Below, one piece after another: positions 1-9,392 of a stretch of 64,000 bases of DNA. Location of the stretch: the NCBI GenBank assembly GCA_020853395.1, contig JADYYY010000011.1, positions 362,166 to 426,165 on the forward strand, read 5' to 3'. The stretch is from Acidobacteriota bacterium (lineage in GTDB: Bacteria > Acidobacteriota > Vicinamibacteria > Vicinamibacterales > SCN-69-37). The notes under the pieces are model-generated. The model made no database searches. It was not told the DNA's origin and saw only the letters and a list, made by a program, of their open reading frames with translations. Each line of letters opens with the position of its first letter. Positions within the stretch are counted from its first letter, which is position 1. Both the position numbers and the translations under genes were made by a program.

Positions 1-251
1 TGCTCGTCGGGCCGTCGACGCTCGCGACCGTCTTGCTGCTCGAGCAGTCTGGCGCGTTGGCCACCTGGTGGCTCTTCGTGGCGGTCACGATCGCCTGGGC
101 CGTGAGCGGCATCATCCTGCTCTCGTCCACGTTCTTCTATCGCGTGCTGCGCGAGCGCGGCCTCGTCGCGATGGAGCGGCTGATGGGGATGCTGCTCGTC
201 ATGGTCGCGGTGCAGATGTTCGTGGACGGTGCGCGGACGTTGCTGCGCTGA
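1..251 (+). CDS. MarC/UPF0056-type integral membrane protein, C-terminal fragment (5' end lies upstream of the window)
   Basis: The frame is open from position 3 with no upstream stop. It contains hydrophobic helices (LVGPSTLATVLLL, WWLFVAVTIAWAVSGIILL, MGMLLVMVAVQMF) and ends at TGA 249-251. The family call is from memory of MarC C-termini only. Confidence 0.55.
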   Translation, partial: LVGPSTLATVLLLEQSGALATWWLFVAVTIAWAVSGIILLSSTFFYRVLRERGLVAMERLMGMLLVMVAVQMFVDGARTLLR

Positions 252-278
252 CCGGTCGCGCGGCACGCGCCGCGAGGT

Positions 279-1472
279 TCACTTCTTCAGCGCGCCGCGG
301 AGCTTCTCGGCGAGCGAGTCCCCGAACGGCTGAGGGGAAGCGTCCGGCCCAGGCGCAGCGTCCGTGGGTTCTTCGTGCGCCGTGCTGGCCGCGCGCGCCC
401 GCGGAGAGGCGTCGTCCACCGGCGACAGGCTGATGCGTTTCCTGTCGAGATCGATCGCGAGGACCTCGAAGGCGCCTGTCATCCCGACGTCTAGGGACTT
501 CGACCATCCGCCGCCGGCCCGGCCCGCGAGCGGAAACGTGGACGCGTGGGCGAGACCCTCGATGCCGGGCTCCAGTTCGACGAACGCGCCGAACTCGGCG
601 ATGCGTGTGACGCGGCCTTCGCGCACTTGTCCCACGCCGTAGGCGCCCGGCACCCTCGACCATGGATCCGCGAGCAGCGGCTTCAGGCTGAGCGTGATCT
701 GCCGCGTCGCATCGTCCATGCGCAGGACCGCGGCCGTGATCTCCTGCCCCTGAGCGGCCACCGCCGCCGGATTCGCGACGCGCGACCATCCCATCTCCGA
801 GACGGGCAGCAGAGCCTGTACGCCGCCACCGAGATCGACGAACGCGCCGAAGTCGCGCACCGACACCACCCGCCCGGTCACGACCGCGCCGACCGCGAGC
901 GCGCGGCGGACGTCCTCCGCGCGCGCCTGCTGCTCCTGCTCGAGGAGTGCACGGCGCGAGACGACGAACTTCCGGCCCTCGTCGGCGTACTCGAGGATCC
1001 TGAAGGCGTAGACGCGCCCCTCGTGCGTCTGGGGATCCGTGTCGCGGAGGATGTCGATCTGCGACTGAGGACAGAAGGCGCGCTGGCGTGCCATCGTGAC
1101 GTTGTAGCCGCCTTTCACCTGGCCCTCGACCTTCCCCTCGACCGGCAGGCCGGCACGAAACGCGCTCTCGAGCTGCCGCGCCGTCGCGGCACGCCGCTGC
1201 AGCTTGCGCGACAGCGTCAGTCCGCCCGCCGTGGACATGATGGTCGCCTGAAGGCGGTCGCCGACCGCGACCTCGAGCGCGCCGTCTTCGTCCCTCAACT
1301 CGGCCAGCGCGATCGTCGCCTCGCTCTTGGCCCCGACGTCCACGAAGGCCACGTCGGCACCCAGCGCGACGATCGTGCCTTCGACCGGCTGTCCGGTCTC
1401 GAACCGCTTCGTTCGCTCCGACGCCGCGAACAGCGCCGCGAAATCCTCGTCCTCCCGATCTTCCACGCACAC
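279..1472 (-). CDS. S1 RNA-binding domain protein (four S1/OB repeats)
   Basis: The S1 signature recurs, e.g. GTIVALGADVAFVDVGAKSEA, GKVEGQVKGGYNV, GRVVSVRDFGAFVDLGGGVQALLPVSEM and GRVTRIAEFGAFVELEPGIEGLAHAS. Amino-acid composition is normal, unlike the overlapping shadow ORFs. Confidence 0.8.
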   Translation of the reverse strand: MCVEDREDEDFAALFAASERTKRFETGQPVEGTIVALGADVAFVDVGAKSEATIALAELRDEDGALEVAVGDRLQATIMSTAGGLTLSRKLQRRAATARQLESAFRAGLPVEGKVEGQVKGGYNVTMARQRAFCPQSQIDILRDTDPQTHEGRVYAFRILEYADEGRKFVVSRRALLEQEQQARAEDVRRALAVGAVVTGRVVSVRDFGAFVDLGGGVQALLPVSEMGWSRVANPAAVAAQGQEITAAVLRMDDATRQITLSLKPLLADPWSRVPGAYGVGQVREGRVTRIAEFGAFVELEPGIEGLAHASTFPLAGRAGGGWSKSLDVGMTGAFEVLAIDLDRKRISLSPVDDASPRARAASTAHEEPTDAAPGPDASPQPFGDSLAEKLRGALKK

Positions 1473-1603
1473 GCTCCTCGCCGATTATTGATCTGACGTG
1501 GCGGCGACGTCCGCTGATCGCCGATAGCGCGGCTTGCGCGGACGACGCCCTTCTCTCTGGGCCGACGTGAGCCGACGTCAGCGACCGGACGTGTTGTACC
1601 GTC

Positions 1604-2119
1604 GTGGACGACGTGGCCGTCGACCTCGACCGCTTCATCCTCGCGCAGAACGACCCGATCGGCGGCTTCGTGACCGCGCTGGCCGAGCTTCGGGCAGACG
1701 GCAAGCGCAGCCACTGGATCTGGTACATCTTCCCGCAACTGGCGGGACTGGGCTCATCGCCGATGGCCGAGCGCTACGGGCTGCGCGGTGTGCTCGAAGC
1801 AATCGCCTACCTCGAGGAACCGCTCCTGCGCGAGCGGCTGCTGGCGGCGACCATCGCGGCCGCGGATCAGGTGAGGCGAGGGATGTCCCTGCACGCGCTC
1901 ATGGGCTCCGACGTCGACGTGCGCAAGCTCATCTCGTCGATGACGCTGTTCGGCGAGCTGACGCGCGGGCCTGCGCGCGCACGGAGCGAGCTCGCGACGC
2001 TCGACGCCGCGCAGGCGCTTCACGAGAACGCGGAGGTGATCCTCCGCGCTGCGGCGGAAGAGGGGTTGTCTCGCTGCGCGTTCACGTTGGATCGGCTGGG
2101 CAAGGCCGGCTCGGTGTAG
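1604..2119 (+). CDS. DUF1810 family protein
   Basis: The start is GTG. The motifs LDRFILAQ ... SHWIWYIFPQLAGLG are characteristic of DUF1810. The gene is divergent from the S1 gene. Confidence 0.8.
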   Translation: MDDVAVDLDRFILAQNDPIGGFVTALAELRADGKRSHWIWYIFPQLAGLGSSPMAERYGLRGVLEAIAYLEEPLLRERLLAATIAAADQVRRGMSLHALMGSDVDVRKLISSMTLFGELTRGPARARSELATLDAAQALHENAEVILRAAAEEGLSRCAFTLDRLGKAGSV

Positions 2120-2271
2120 CGACCCGTCGGCCCCTGCACTCTGCCGTCAGGCAGACGTCTCGCACCGAGTGCTCCACGACAGACCAGCCATTCCAGCACG
2201 TCGCACTTCGCGGTGCGCGTCGCGGGACAGCAGCCGCGGAGCGTTCGCGCCTCGTGCTACGGTAGACGCGC

Positions 2272-3030
2272 ATGTCTCGACCGCGCATCGGCCTGGAGCT
2301 GTGGACCGTCCGCACCGACGTCAACCGCGACCTGCTCGGCGCGCTCTCCCGCGTCGCCGAGCTCGGCTATGAGAGCGTCGAGTTCTACTCGACGTACCTC
2401 GACTGGACGCTGGACTTCGCGCGCGAGGTCCGAGCGCGGCTCGACGCCGTGGGGCTCGCGTGCAGTTCCACGCACAACGGCATGCGCGCGTTCACGCCCG
2501 ACGCGATGCGGAAGACGATCGATCTCAACCACGTCCTCGGCAGCCCGTTCGCCGTCGTCGCGAGCGTGCCGAAAATCGAGACGATCGAAGGATGGCGGGA
2601 GGCGACGGAGCGGTTCGCGGACGTCGCCGAACGGCTCCGGCCGTCCGGCTTGGCCGCTGGATTCCACAACCATCAGCGCGAATGGACGCTGCTCGACGGG
2701 CAGCTCCCCATCGACGTCGTCGCTGACGGCACGCCCTCGGACTTCGTCATGCAGATCGACGTCGCGCCGGCGGTGGAGTTCGGCATCGACGTGCCGGCCT
2801 GGATCCGGACCCATCCCGGCCGGGTGCGAAGCCTCCACGGCCGCGACTGGAGCGCGACGCGCGGGCCGAACCTGGCGTTCGGCGAGGGAGACTGTCCGTG
2901 GCGCGAGATCATCGTCGCGGCCGGCGCCACGAGCGACCTGCGCGACGTCCTCGTGGAGAACGGCCACAGCACGCCGGACGAGGAGTGGGACATCGCGGCT
3001 CGCAGCATCGCGAACTGGCGTGCGCTGTAA
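2272..3030 (+). CDS. sugar phosphate isomerase/epimerase (xylose isomerase-like TIM barrel)
   Basis: The N-terminus IGLELWTVR...LGYESVEF, the length of 252 aa and acidic/His residues spaced as in AP-endonuclease-2/xylose isomerase-like barrels support the call. Confidence 0.75.
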   Translation: MSRPRIGLELWTVRTDVNRDLLGALSRVAELGYESVEFYSTYLDWTLDFAREVRARLDAVGLACSSTHNGMRAFTPDAMRKTIDLNHVLGSPFAVVASVPKIETIEGWREATERFADVAERLRPSGLAAGFHNHQREWTLLDGQLPIDVVADGTPSDFVMQIDVAPAVEFGIDVPAWIRTHPGRVRSLHGRDWSATRGPNLAFGEGDCPWREIIVAAGATSDLRDVLVENGHSTPDEEWDIAARSIANWRAL

Positions 3031-3284
3031 GGACGATGATGACTATCGTCGATTCCGCGGCGATCGTTCACGCACTGTGAGGCCCTGGGCCCCGAATCGC
3101 ATGAACGTGGTCCAGCAGTGTGCGACCTCGGGCTGAACGAATCGCCGACGTCACTTGGCGTGACGTGCGCTCCGGGTAGGCACGCTCAGCCCGTCGGCAT
3201 GCTGTAACAGGCGCTGCACCTCGCGTGCGTTCGGCGCGTTGGGCGCACGCGAGTCGGCTGGCGGCTGGGCTGCCCTCGTGCCGC

Positions 3285-5449
3285 TCAGGTGGCCGAGCCT
3301 TTCAGCGCCTCCAGCACACGTGCGGGCGTCATGGGTAGCTGGCGCATGCGCACGCCGATCGCGTCGAAGACGGCGTTGGCGATGACGGCGCCCATCGGGA
3401 CGACCGATGGCTCGCCGCCGCCCTGCGCCGGCAGGTCGGACTTGACGATCACCGCCTGGAGCTTGGGCATCCACGAGAAGCGCGGCAACTGATACGTGCC
3501 GAAGTTGCGGTCGGTGACGTCGCCGTTCTTGAAGTGGACCTCCTCGGTGAGGACGTAGCCGAGGCCCTGCATCATGCCGCCGACGATCTGCTGCTCGAGG
3601 CCGTCCGGATTGATCGTGATGCCGTTGTCCTGCGCGCACACGACGCGCACGACCTGGACGCGGCCGGTCGTGCGGTCTACTTCCACTTCCGCCATGTTGG
3701 CCACGTAGGCGCCCGCATCTGCACCGATTGCCACGCCGACGCCGCGGCCGCTCGGGGCGGCCTTCGGCGTCCAGCCGAACGCCTGCGCGGCGGCGTGGAG
3801 CACGCCGCGGGCACGTTCGTCCGTCAGGTTCCTGAGGCGGAATTCGACCGGATCCTTGCCGGCCTTCGCCGCCATGACGTCGATCTGCGACTCGCGCCCG
3901 AACGCGTTGGCGTTCGCGCCCGGCGCGCGCCACGGGCCGACGGCGAACGGGTTCATGCCGGGCGTCGCGCCCTGCCAGCCGCCGCGGACGAGCGTGCGGT
4001 GGTGCGGGACGTCGTAGAGATGCTCGGCGCCGCGGCTTCCGGCGCCGATCACGGTGTAGTCCCAGAACGTGATCCGGTGGTTCGCGTCGAAACCCGATCG
4101 GATCGTGAGCACGGTCGCCGGGTCGAACGTGTCGAAGAAGAACTCCTCCTCGCGGCTCCACATCACGCGCACCGGCACGCCGGCGGCCACCGCGAGACGG
4201 GCGGCTTCGATCGCCTGCTGGCCGGCGCTCTTGCCGCCGAACCCGCCGCCGACGTACGGGGTGATCACGCGGACCTTGTCGGGCGCGACGTCGAGTGCGC
4301 TCGCGATCTGCGACTTGAGCGGGAAGGGCGTCTGGGTGCTCGCCCACACGGTGATCTTGCCGTTCTCCACCGCCGCAACCGCCGCGTGCGGCTCCATCGG
4401 CGCGTGCGCCACGTAGCCCTTGCGGTACGTCTCGTCGAAGACCTGCGTCGCGAGCGTGCGGCCGGCGGCCAGATCGCCGCTCGACGCGGTGACGTTGCCG
4501 GCCGGCGCCGCCTTGACGATGTGCTCGAAGATCGTCTGGTCGGTCACGGTGGACGGCGACGGCGAAAACGTCGCCTTCACGAGCCGCAGCGCCTTGTCGG
4601 CCTCGTCGCGATGCGCGTGCAGCACGGCCACCATGTTGCCGTCGCGCACCACCCGTACGCCTGGGACGCGTTCGGCCGCCGACGTGTCCACCGACTGCAG
4701 CGTGGCGCCGTGCGCCGGCGGACGCACGATTCGCGCGTGCAGCGCGCCGGGCGGCACGATGTCTCCGGCGTACTTCGCCTTGCCGGTGACCTTGTCCAGG
4801 CCATCACGGCGCAGCGTCGTCTTGCCGACGATCTCGAAGGCCGATGGCGGCTCGAGCGTGGGCTGGACCGAAACCTTGCGTTCGATGCGCCGGCCTTCGG
4901 TGAGCTGCCCGTAGCCGATGCGCTTCGTGGGGTCGCTGCGATGGACGACGGTGCCGGCGTCCACCTTCAGCTCCGACGCCGGGACGTGCCACCGTTCCGC
5001 CGCCATCTCGATGAGCACCGCCTTCGCTTCGGCAGCCGCGCGCCGCAGCACCGGCCCGAACTGGCGCGTGCTCAACGACCCGAACGTGCCGTTGTCGAAC
5101 GGACACAGATCCGTGTCGCCCATGACGATGTCGACCTGCGAGAGCGGCACGTCGAGCTCGTCGGCCGCCATCTGCGGCAGCGACGTCATGATGCCCTGGC
5201 CCATCTCGATCTTGCCGACCAGGCAGGTGACCCGGCCGTCCGCGCCGATGTGGAGGAACGCGTTGAGGTCCGTCGCTGCGGCGCCCCCTCGTCCCTGCGC
5301 GGCGGGCGAGGCCGCCGCCGGCCGCAGGTTGAACATCACGAGCAGGCCGGTGGTCGTCAGCTTGATGAAGTCGCGGCGATCGAACGTCGGGATGAAGCCC
5401 CATCCGTCCGGGACTTCCATGTCGTGATCGAGGTTCGGGTCGATGGCGT

Positions 5450-5453
<4 letters not shown>
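3285..5453 (-). CDS. xanthine dehydrogenase-family molybdopterin-binding subunit, IorB-like, with a Tat signal
   Basis: I trimmed the track ORF 3285..6131 to the ATG at 5453. The N-terminus carries the twin-arginine motif FDRRDFIKLTTTGLLVMF. The body is a long aldehyde-oxidase/XDH-type sequence (GGGFGGKS, PSVVPMGAVIANAV). The start overlaps the stop of the upstream 2Fe-2S subunit by 4 nt. Confidence 0.9.
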
Positions 5454-5929
<476 letters not shown>

Positions 5930-6045
5930 ACGGCCAATTATCGGCGAGGAGTCTGGAAATGTCGCGATTTGTTCTCTGGGTGTCGGTGCGACTCTTTGGT
6001 CGTCTGGTGGCCTGGAAAGGCGCGTCCGCGACACCGCCCTGCCGG

Positions 6046-6687
6046 CTAAGCCGCCAGGCCCTCGGTGAGCCGGATGAGCCGGCGCCACAGCGTGTCGGGC
6101 GCGGGGTCGAAGATCGCGCTGGCGTCGCCATCGAGCAGGTGCCAGGCGCCGGCGGCGATCTCGCGTTCGAGCTGTCCGGCGCCCCAGCCGGCGAAGCCGA
6201 CGTAGAGACGGAAGCGATCCGGGCCCGCGCCGGCCGAGAGGTCGTCCGCGATCTTCTCGCGCGAGTCGAGCAGGTACACGCCGTCGAGCACCCGAAGATC
6301 TCGCCGCGCGGTGACGGAACGCACGAGCGCGCGCGCCGCCGTCATCTCCACCGGCCCGCCGAGGAAGACGAGGCCGGGCGCCGGCTTCGCGACCGGCAGC
6401 CCGGGCAGGATGCGCTCGATCGCCACCTTCGTCTGCCGGTTGAGCACGAGGCCCGCGGTGCCATCCTTCGTCGCAGCGATGAGGACCACGACGGTCTCGA
6501 AGAAGTTGCGGTCGCCAAGGCCGCGCGAGGCGACGAGCAGCGTGCCGGGGGCGAGGTCGACCGCAAGGCGGCGCCCGCCTTGGCCCGCGGCGGACGAACG
6601 CTCGCCGGCGAGCAGGCCCGCACTGAGCACGATCGCGACGGCCACGGTCAGACACACGATCCAGGTTCGGCGTGCGGCGGCCGTCAT
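6046..6687 (-). CDS. YqgE/AlgH (UPF0301) family protein with an N-terminal hydrophobic anchor or signal
   Basis: GTLLVASRGLGDRNFFETVVVLI...GLVLNR...FLGGPVE...LYVGFAGWGAGQLEREI...GAWHLL matches the AlgH family pattern. The first ~30 residues (WIVCLTVAVAIVLSAGLLAG) are hydrophobic. Confidence 0.85.
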   Translation of the reverse strand: MTAAARRTWIVCLTVAVAIVLSAGLLAGERSSAAGQGGRRLAVDLAPGTLLVASRGLGDRNFFETVVVLIAATKDGTAGLVLNRQTKVAIERILPGLPVAKPAPGLVFLGGPVEMTAARALVRSVTARRDLRVLDGVYLLDSREKIADDLSAGAGPDRFRLYVGFAGWGAGQLEREIAAGAWHLLDGDASAIFDPAPDTLWRRLIRLTEGLAA

Positions 6688-6808
6688 GCGAGCTTATTAT
6701 CCCGCGGGGGCATTGAAGAGTTGATGCCTGTGGTGCAGGCTGATACCAACGATGGCCTGGCCATGAGCGGCGAGTGGGGCGTCGTTGGTCGGGCGTGATG
6801 AGCGAGTG

Positions 6809-7741
6809 ATGAGTCGGGAGGAACACGTGCTGACACGACGCGATCTGCTGGCCTCGATGCTCGTCGCTGCCGGTGCGCCGCTCGTTCGGACAACGTCTGC
6901 GTCCGCGGTGCAAACCGACGGCATGGCCGAGCTGGCGCTCTGCGGCTGGGACGAGGTGTTCATCGTGCGGATCGGCCGCTCGTCGCAACCGCCGGACAAG
7001 GTCTGGTCGTGGCGCGCCGCGGACGACAGCGCCATTCCGGCTGCGTTGAAAGACGCCTTTCGCACGACCGACGACTGCAAGCCGGTCGACGACGGCCGCG
7101 CCATCCTGATCTCGTCGTCATCGGGCGCGATCGCGCTCGTCGATCGCGCCACGCGGCGCGCCCGGTTCCACGCGCCCGTCGTCAACGCGCACTCGATCGA
7201 GCGGCTGCCGGGCGGCCGCGTCGCCGCGGCGGCGTCGGTGGCCACCGCCCCAGGCGGCAACCGCATCGTCGTCTTCGATGCCGCGAGCGGACAGGAGCTG
7301 GCGAGCGACGCGCTGCGATCGGCGCACGGGCTCGTATGGGACGACGCGGGCCGGCGGCTCTGGGCGCTGGGCGGCGACGTGCTGCGCGCCTACGACGTCG
7401 GCGTGGCCGGCGGGCCAACGGCGCTCACGCGCATCGACGAGGTGCCGCTGCCGACGCGAGGAGGCCATGACCTCGTGCCGCTGCCGGGATCGCCGCACCT
7501 CTTCTTCAGCACGGAGTCGGGCTGCTACCTGTTCGACCGCGAGACGCGTGGGATCGTCCCGCACGAGAGCCTCGGGCCGATGGTGAACGTCAAGAGCTAC
7601 TCGGTGCACGTGCGCGCCGGCCGCGTCGCCTACATCCAGGCCGAAGGGACGGATTGGTGGGCCGAGCACGTGCACTTCCAGCGGCCAGACGGCCAGATCC
7701 GCCTGCCCGGCGCCCGGCTCTACAAGGCTCGCTGGCTCTGA
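6809..7741 (+). CDS. hypothetical Tat-signal exported protein (family not confidently recognised, possibly propeller-like)
   Basis: The ATG at 6809 gives MSREEHVLTRRDLLASMLVAAGAPLV, a twin-arginine signal. The remainder has balanced composition with repeated hydrophobic-Gly-Asp strands. Confidence 0.6.
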   Translation: MSREEHVLTRRDLLASMLVAAGAPLVRTTSASAVQTDGMAELALCGWDEVFIVRIGRSSQPPDKVWSWRAADDSAIPAALKDAFRTTDDCKPVDDGRAILISSSSGAIALVDRATRRARFHAPVVNAHSIERLPGGRVAAAASVATAPGGNRIVVFDAASGQELASDALRSAHGLVWDDAGRRLWALGGDVLRAYDVGVAGGPTALTRIDEVPLPTRGGHDLVPLPGSPHLFFSTESGCYLFDRETRGIVPHESLGPMVNVKSYSVHVRAGRVAYIQAEGTDWWAEHVHFQRPDGQIRLPGARLYKARWL

Positions 7742-7771
7742 CCGGACCGCGCGCCGCCTCGCGCGAGCAGG

Positions 7772-9367
7772 TCACCGCCTCGCGATCCAGGTGGCGCGGC
7801 CGTATTCGCCGAGCGACACGTCGCCACGCATCTCGTCGCCGACCGCGACGCCCCTGAACTCGAAGTTCAGCCGCCGGCCGTCCGCCGTGTACCACGTCCA
7901 GATCAGCACGTCCTGCGCGCGGACCTGGCCGCGGAGCTCGCGCTCGGCGAATTCGCCGACGTGCAGGCCGGCGAGCTCGGTCCCGCGCTGTTCGATGACG
8001 AAGAGATGCTCCGCGCTGCCGCGTGCGAAGGTCATCGTGACGCGCCACGTTCCCGCGATGGCTGCCGGCGGTCCGCCGGCCTGTGCAGCCGGCCGCACCG
8101 GCGGGCTCGCGAAGAACGCGTGCAGCGCGTCGGCGACGATGCCGGCGTCGCCCTCGCGGAGCTGATACGGCACGATCGTGATGTTGGGCGCCGCGTTCGG
8201 CGGGAAGGGCAGGAAGCTGCCGGCGCCGCTCACCGCGATCCGCGGCGTGCCGTGGTAGAGCGCGTCCTCCACGTCGGCGCCCGACAGCGGGATCGCCTCC
8301 CTGTCCCACGCGATCGTCATCGTGGGCGTCCGGTTCGACAGCACGTCGGGTCCGGGCTGCAGGATCTCCGTGTGCACGCCGCGCACGTCCTTCAGCCGAT
8401 CGGCGATGAGCGCGAGCCACGCGTGCCACTGCTGCTGCTCGCGCGCGTGATCCCGCGCCCCCCAGGCCTCCACCGCGGCGAGCATGCCGATCATCTCCTC
8501 GCGGCCGACCTTGAAGCCCCGGCCGAACCCGTGATGCGGCGCGCTGTGCATCCACGCGGCGCGCGTGAGGCCGGCATCGCCGAGGAGCAGGCCGGCGCAC
8601 TGCGGACCGCGGAGGCACTTGCCGCCGCTGTAGGCCACGAGCGAGGCGCCACGCGCGAGGTGCGGGTTCGGCACGCGCAGTTCCTCGGCGGCGGCGTCCA
8701 CGAGCACCGGCACGCCGTGGTCGCGCGCCGCGCGGCACATCGCCTCGAGCGGCAACGGGCCATCGTCGGCGTCGGGGCCGGCGAGCACCATGACCATCGC
8801 GGTGCGCGGTCCGAGCGCGAACGTGAGCTCCGCCATCGTCCGCACCTCCACGATGCGCACGCCGACCGCGCGGACGGCCGCGTCGTACGCGGACCGCGAG
8901 GAGGCCGGCACGATGACCTCCTGCTTCATCCGGCTGAGATCCGGCAACTGCGCGAGCTTGTCCGGATCGGCGCCCGCGACGGCGGCGGCCGTCGCCAGCG
9001 TGAGCGCCGCCGAGCAGCCCGACGTCACGATCGCCCACTCGGCGCCGGCCAGCGAGGCGAGCCGCCTGCCGACGGCCTCGGCGAGCTCGTCGATGTGCAC
9101 GTACTCGCGGGTCGCCGCGTCCATCGCCCGCCGGACGTCGGCGGACATTTGCGAGCCGCCGAGCACCGTGATGGTGCCGCGCGCGTTGATGATCGGCCGC
9201 ACGCCGAGCGCGGCGTAGACGTCGCCGCCGGGCGCGCTCGCGAGCGGAGCGGGCGCCTGCGCGTCGAGCGGCCGCACCCTGCCGAGCAGGCCGGCGATCA
9301 CCGCGCCGTGTCCGCCGCGGGCCAGCCATTCGCGCCGTGTCAGCCCTCCGGATCCGGTGTCCGCCAT
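7772..9367 (-). CDS. SelA-like fold-type I PLP-dependent enzyme with a Tat signal and an extra C-terminal domain
   Basis: The start at 9367 (or 9388) gives MADTGSGGLTRREWLARGG, a Tat-like signal. YSGGKCLRGPQCAGLLLG resembles the SelA/DgaE PLP-lysine motif FSGDKLLGGPQAG. About 110 C-terminal residues lie beyond the PLP fold. Confidence 0.8.
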   Translation of the reverse strand: MADTGSGGLTRREWLARGGHGAVIAGLLGRVRPLDAQAPAPLASAPGGDVYAALGVRPIINARGTITVLGGSQMSADVRRAMDAATREYVHIDELAEAVGRRLASLAGAEWAIVTSGCSAALTLATAAAVAGADPDKLAQLPDLSRMKQEVIVPASSRSAYDAAVRAVGVRIVEVRTMAELTFALGPRTAMVMVLAGPDADDGPLPLEAMCRAARDHGVPVLVDAAAEELRVPNPHLARGASLVAYSGGKCLRGPQCAGLLLGDAGLTRAAWMHSAPHHGFGRGFKVGREEMIGMLAAVEAWGARDHAREQQQWHAWLALIADRLKDVRGVHTEILQPGPDVLSNRTPTMTIAWDREAIPLSGADVEDALYHGTPRIAVSGAGSFLPFPPNAAPNITIVPYQLREGDAGIVADALHAFFASPPVRPAAQAGGPPAAIAGTWRVTMTFARGSAEHLFVIEQRGTELAGLHVGEFAERELRGQVRAQDVLIWTWYTADGRRLNFEFRGVAVGDEMRGDVSLGEYGRATWIARR

Positions 9368-9392
9368 GCGGTTCGCCTCCCGATTCATGCGG

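Noticed and set aside
3221-3252. A 9-bp inverted repeat (TCGCGTGCG / CGCACGCGA) between the convergent TIM-barrel and IorB-like genes, considered as a bidirectional terminator
   Set aside because: The loop is 14 nt and no T- or A-tract flanks it. The support is too weak to annotate.
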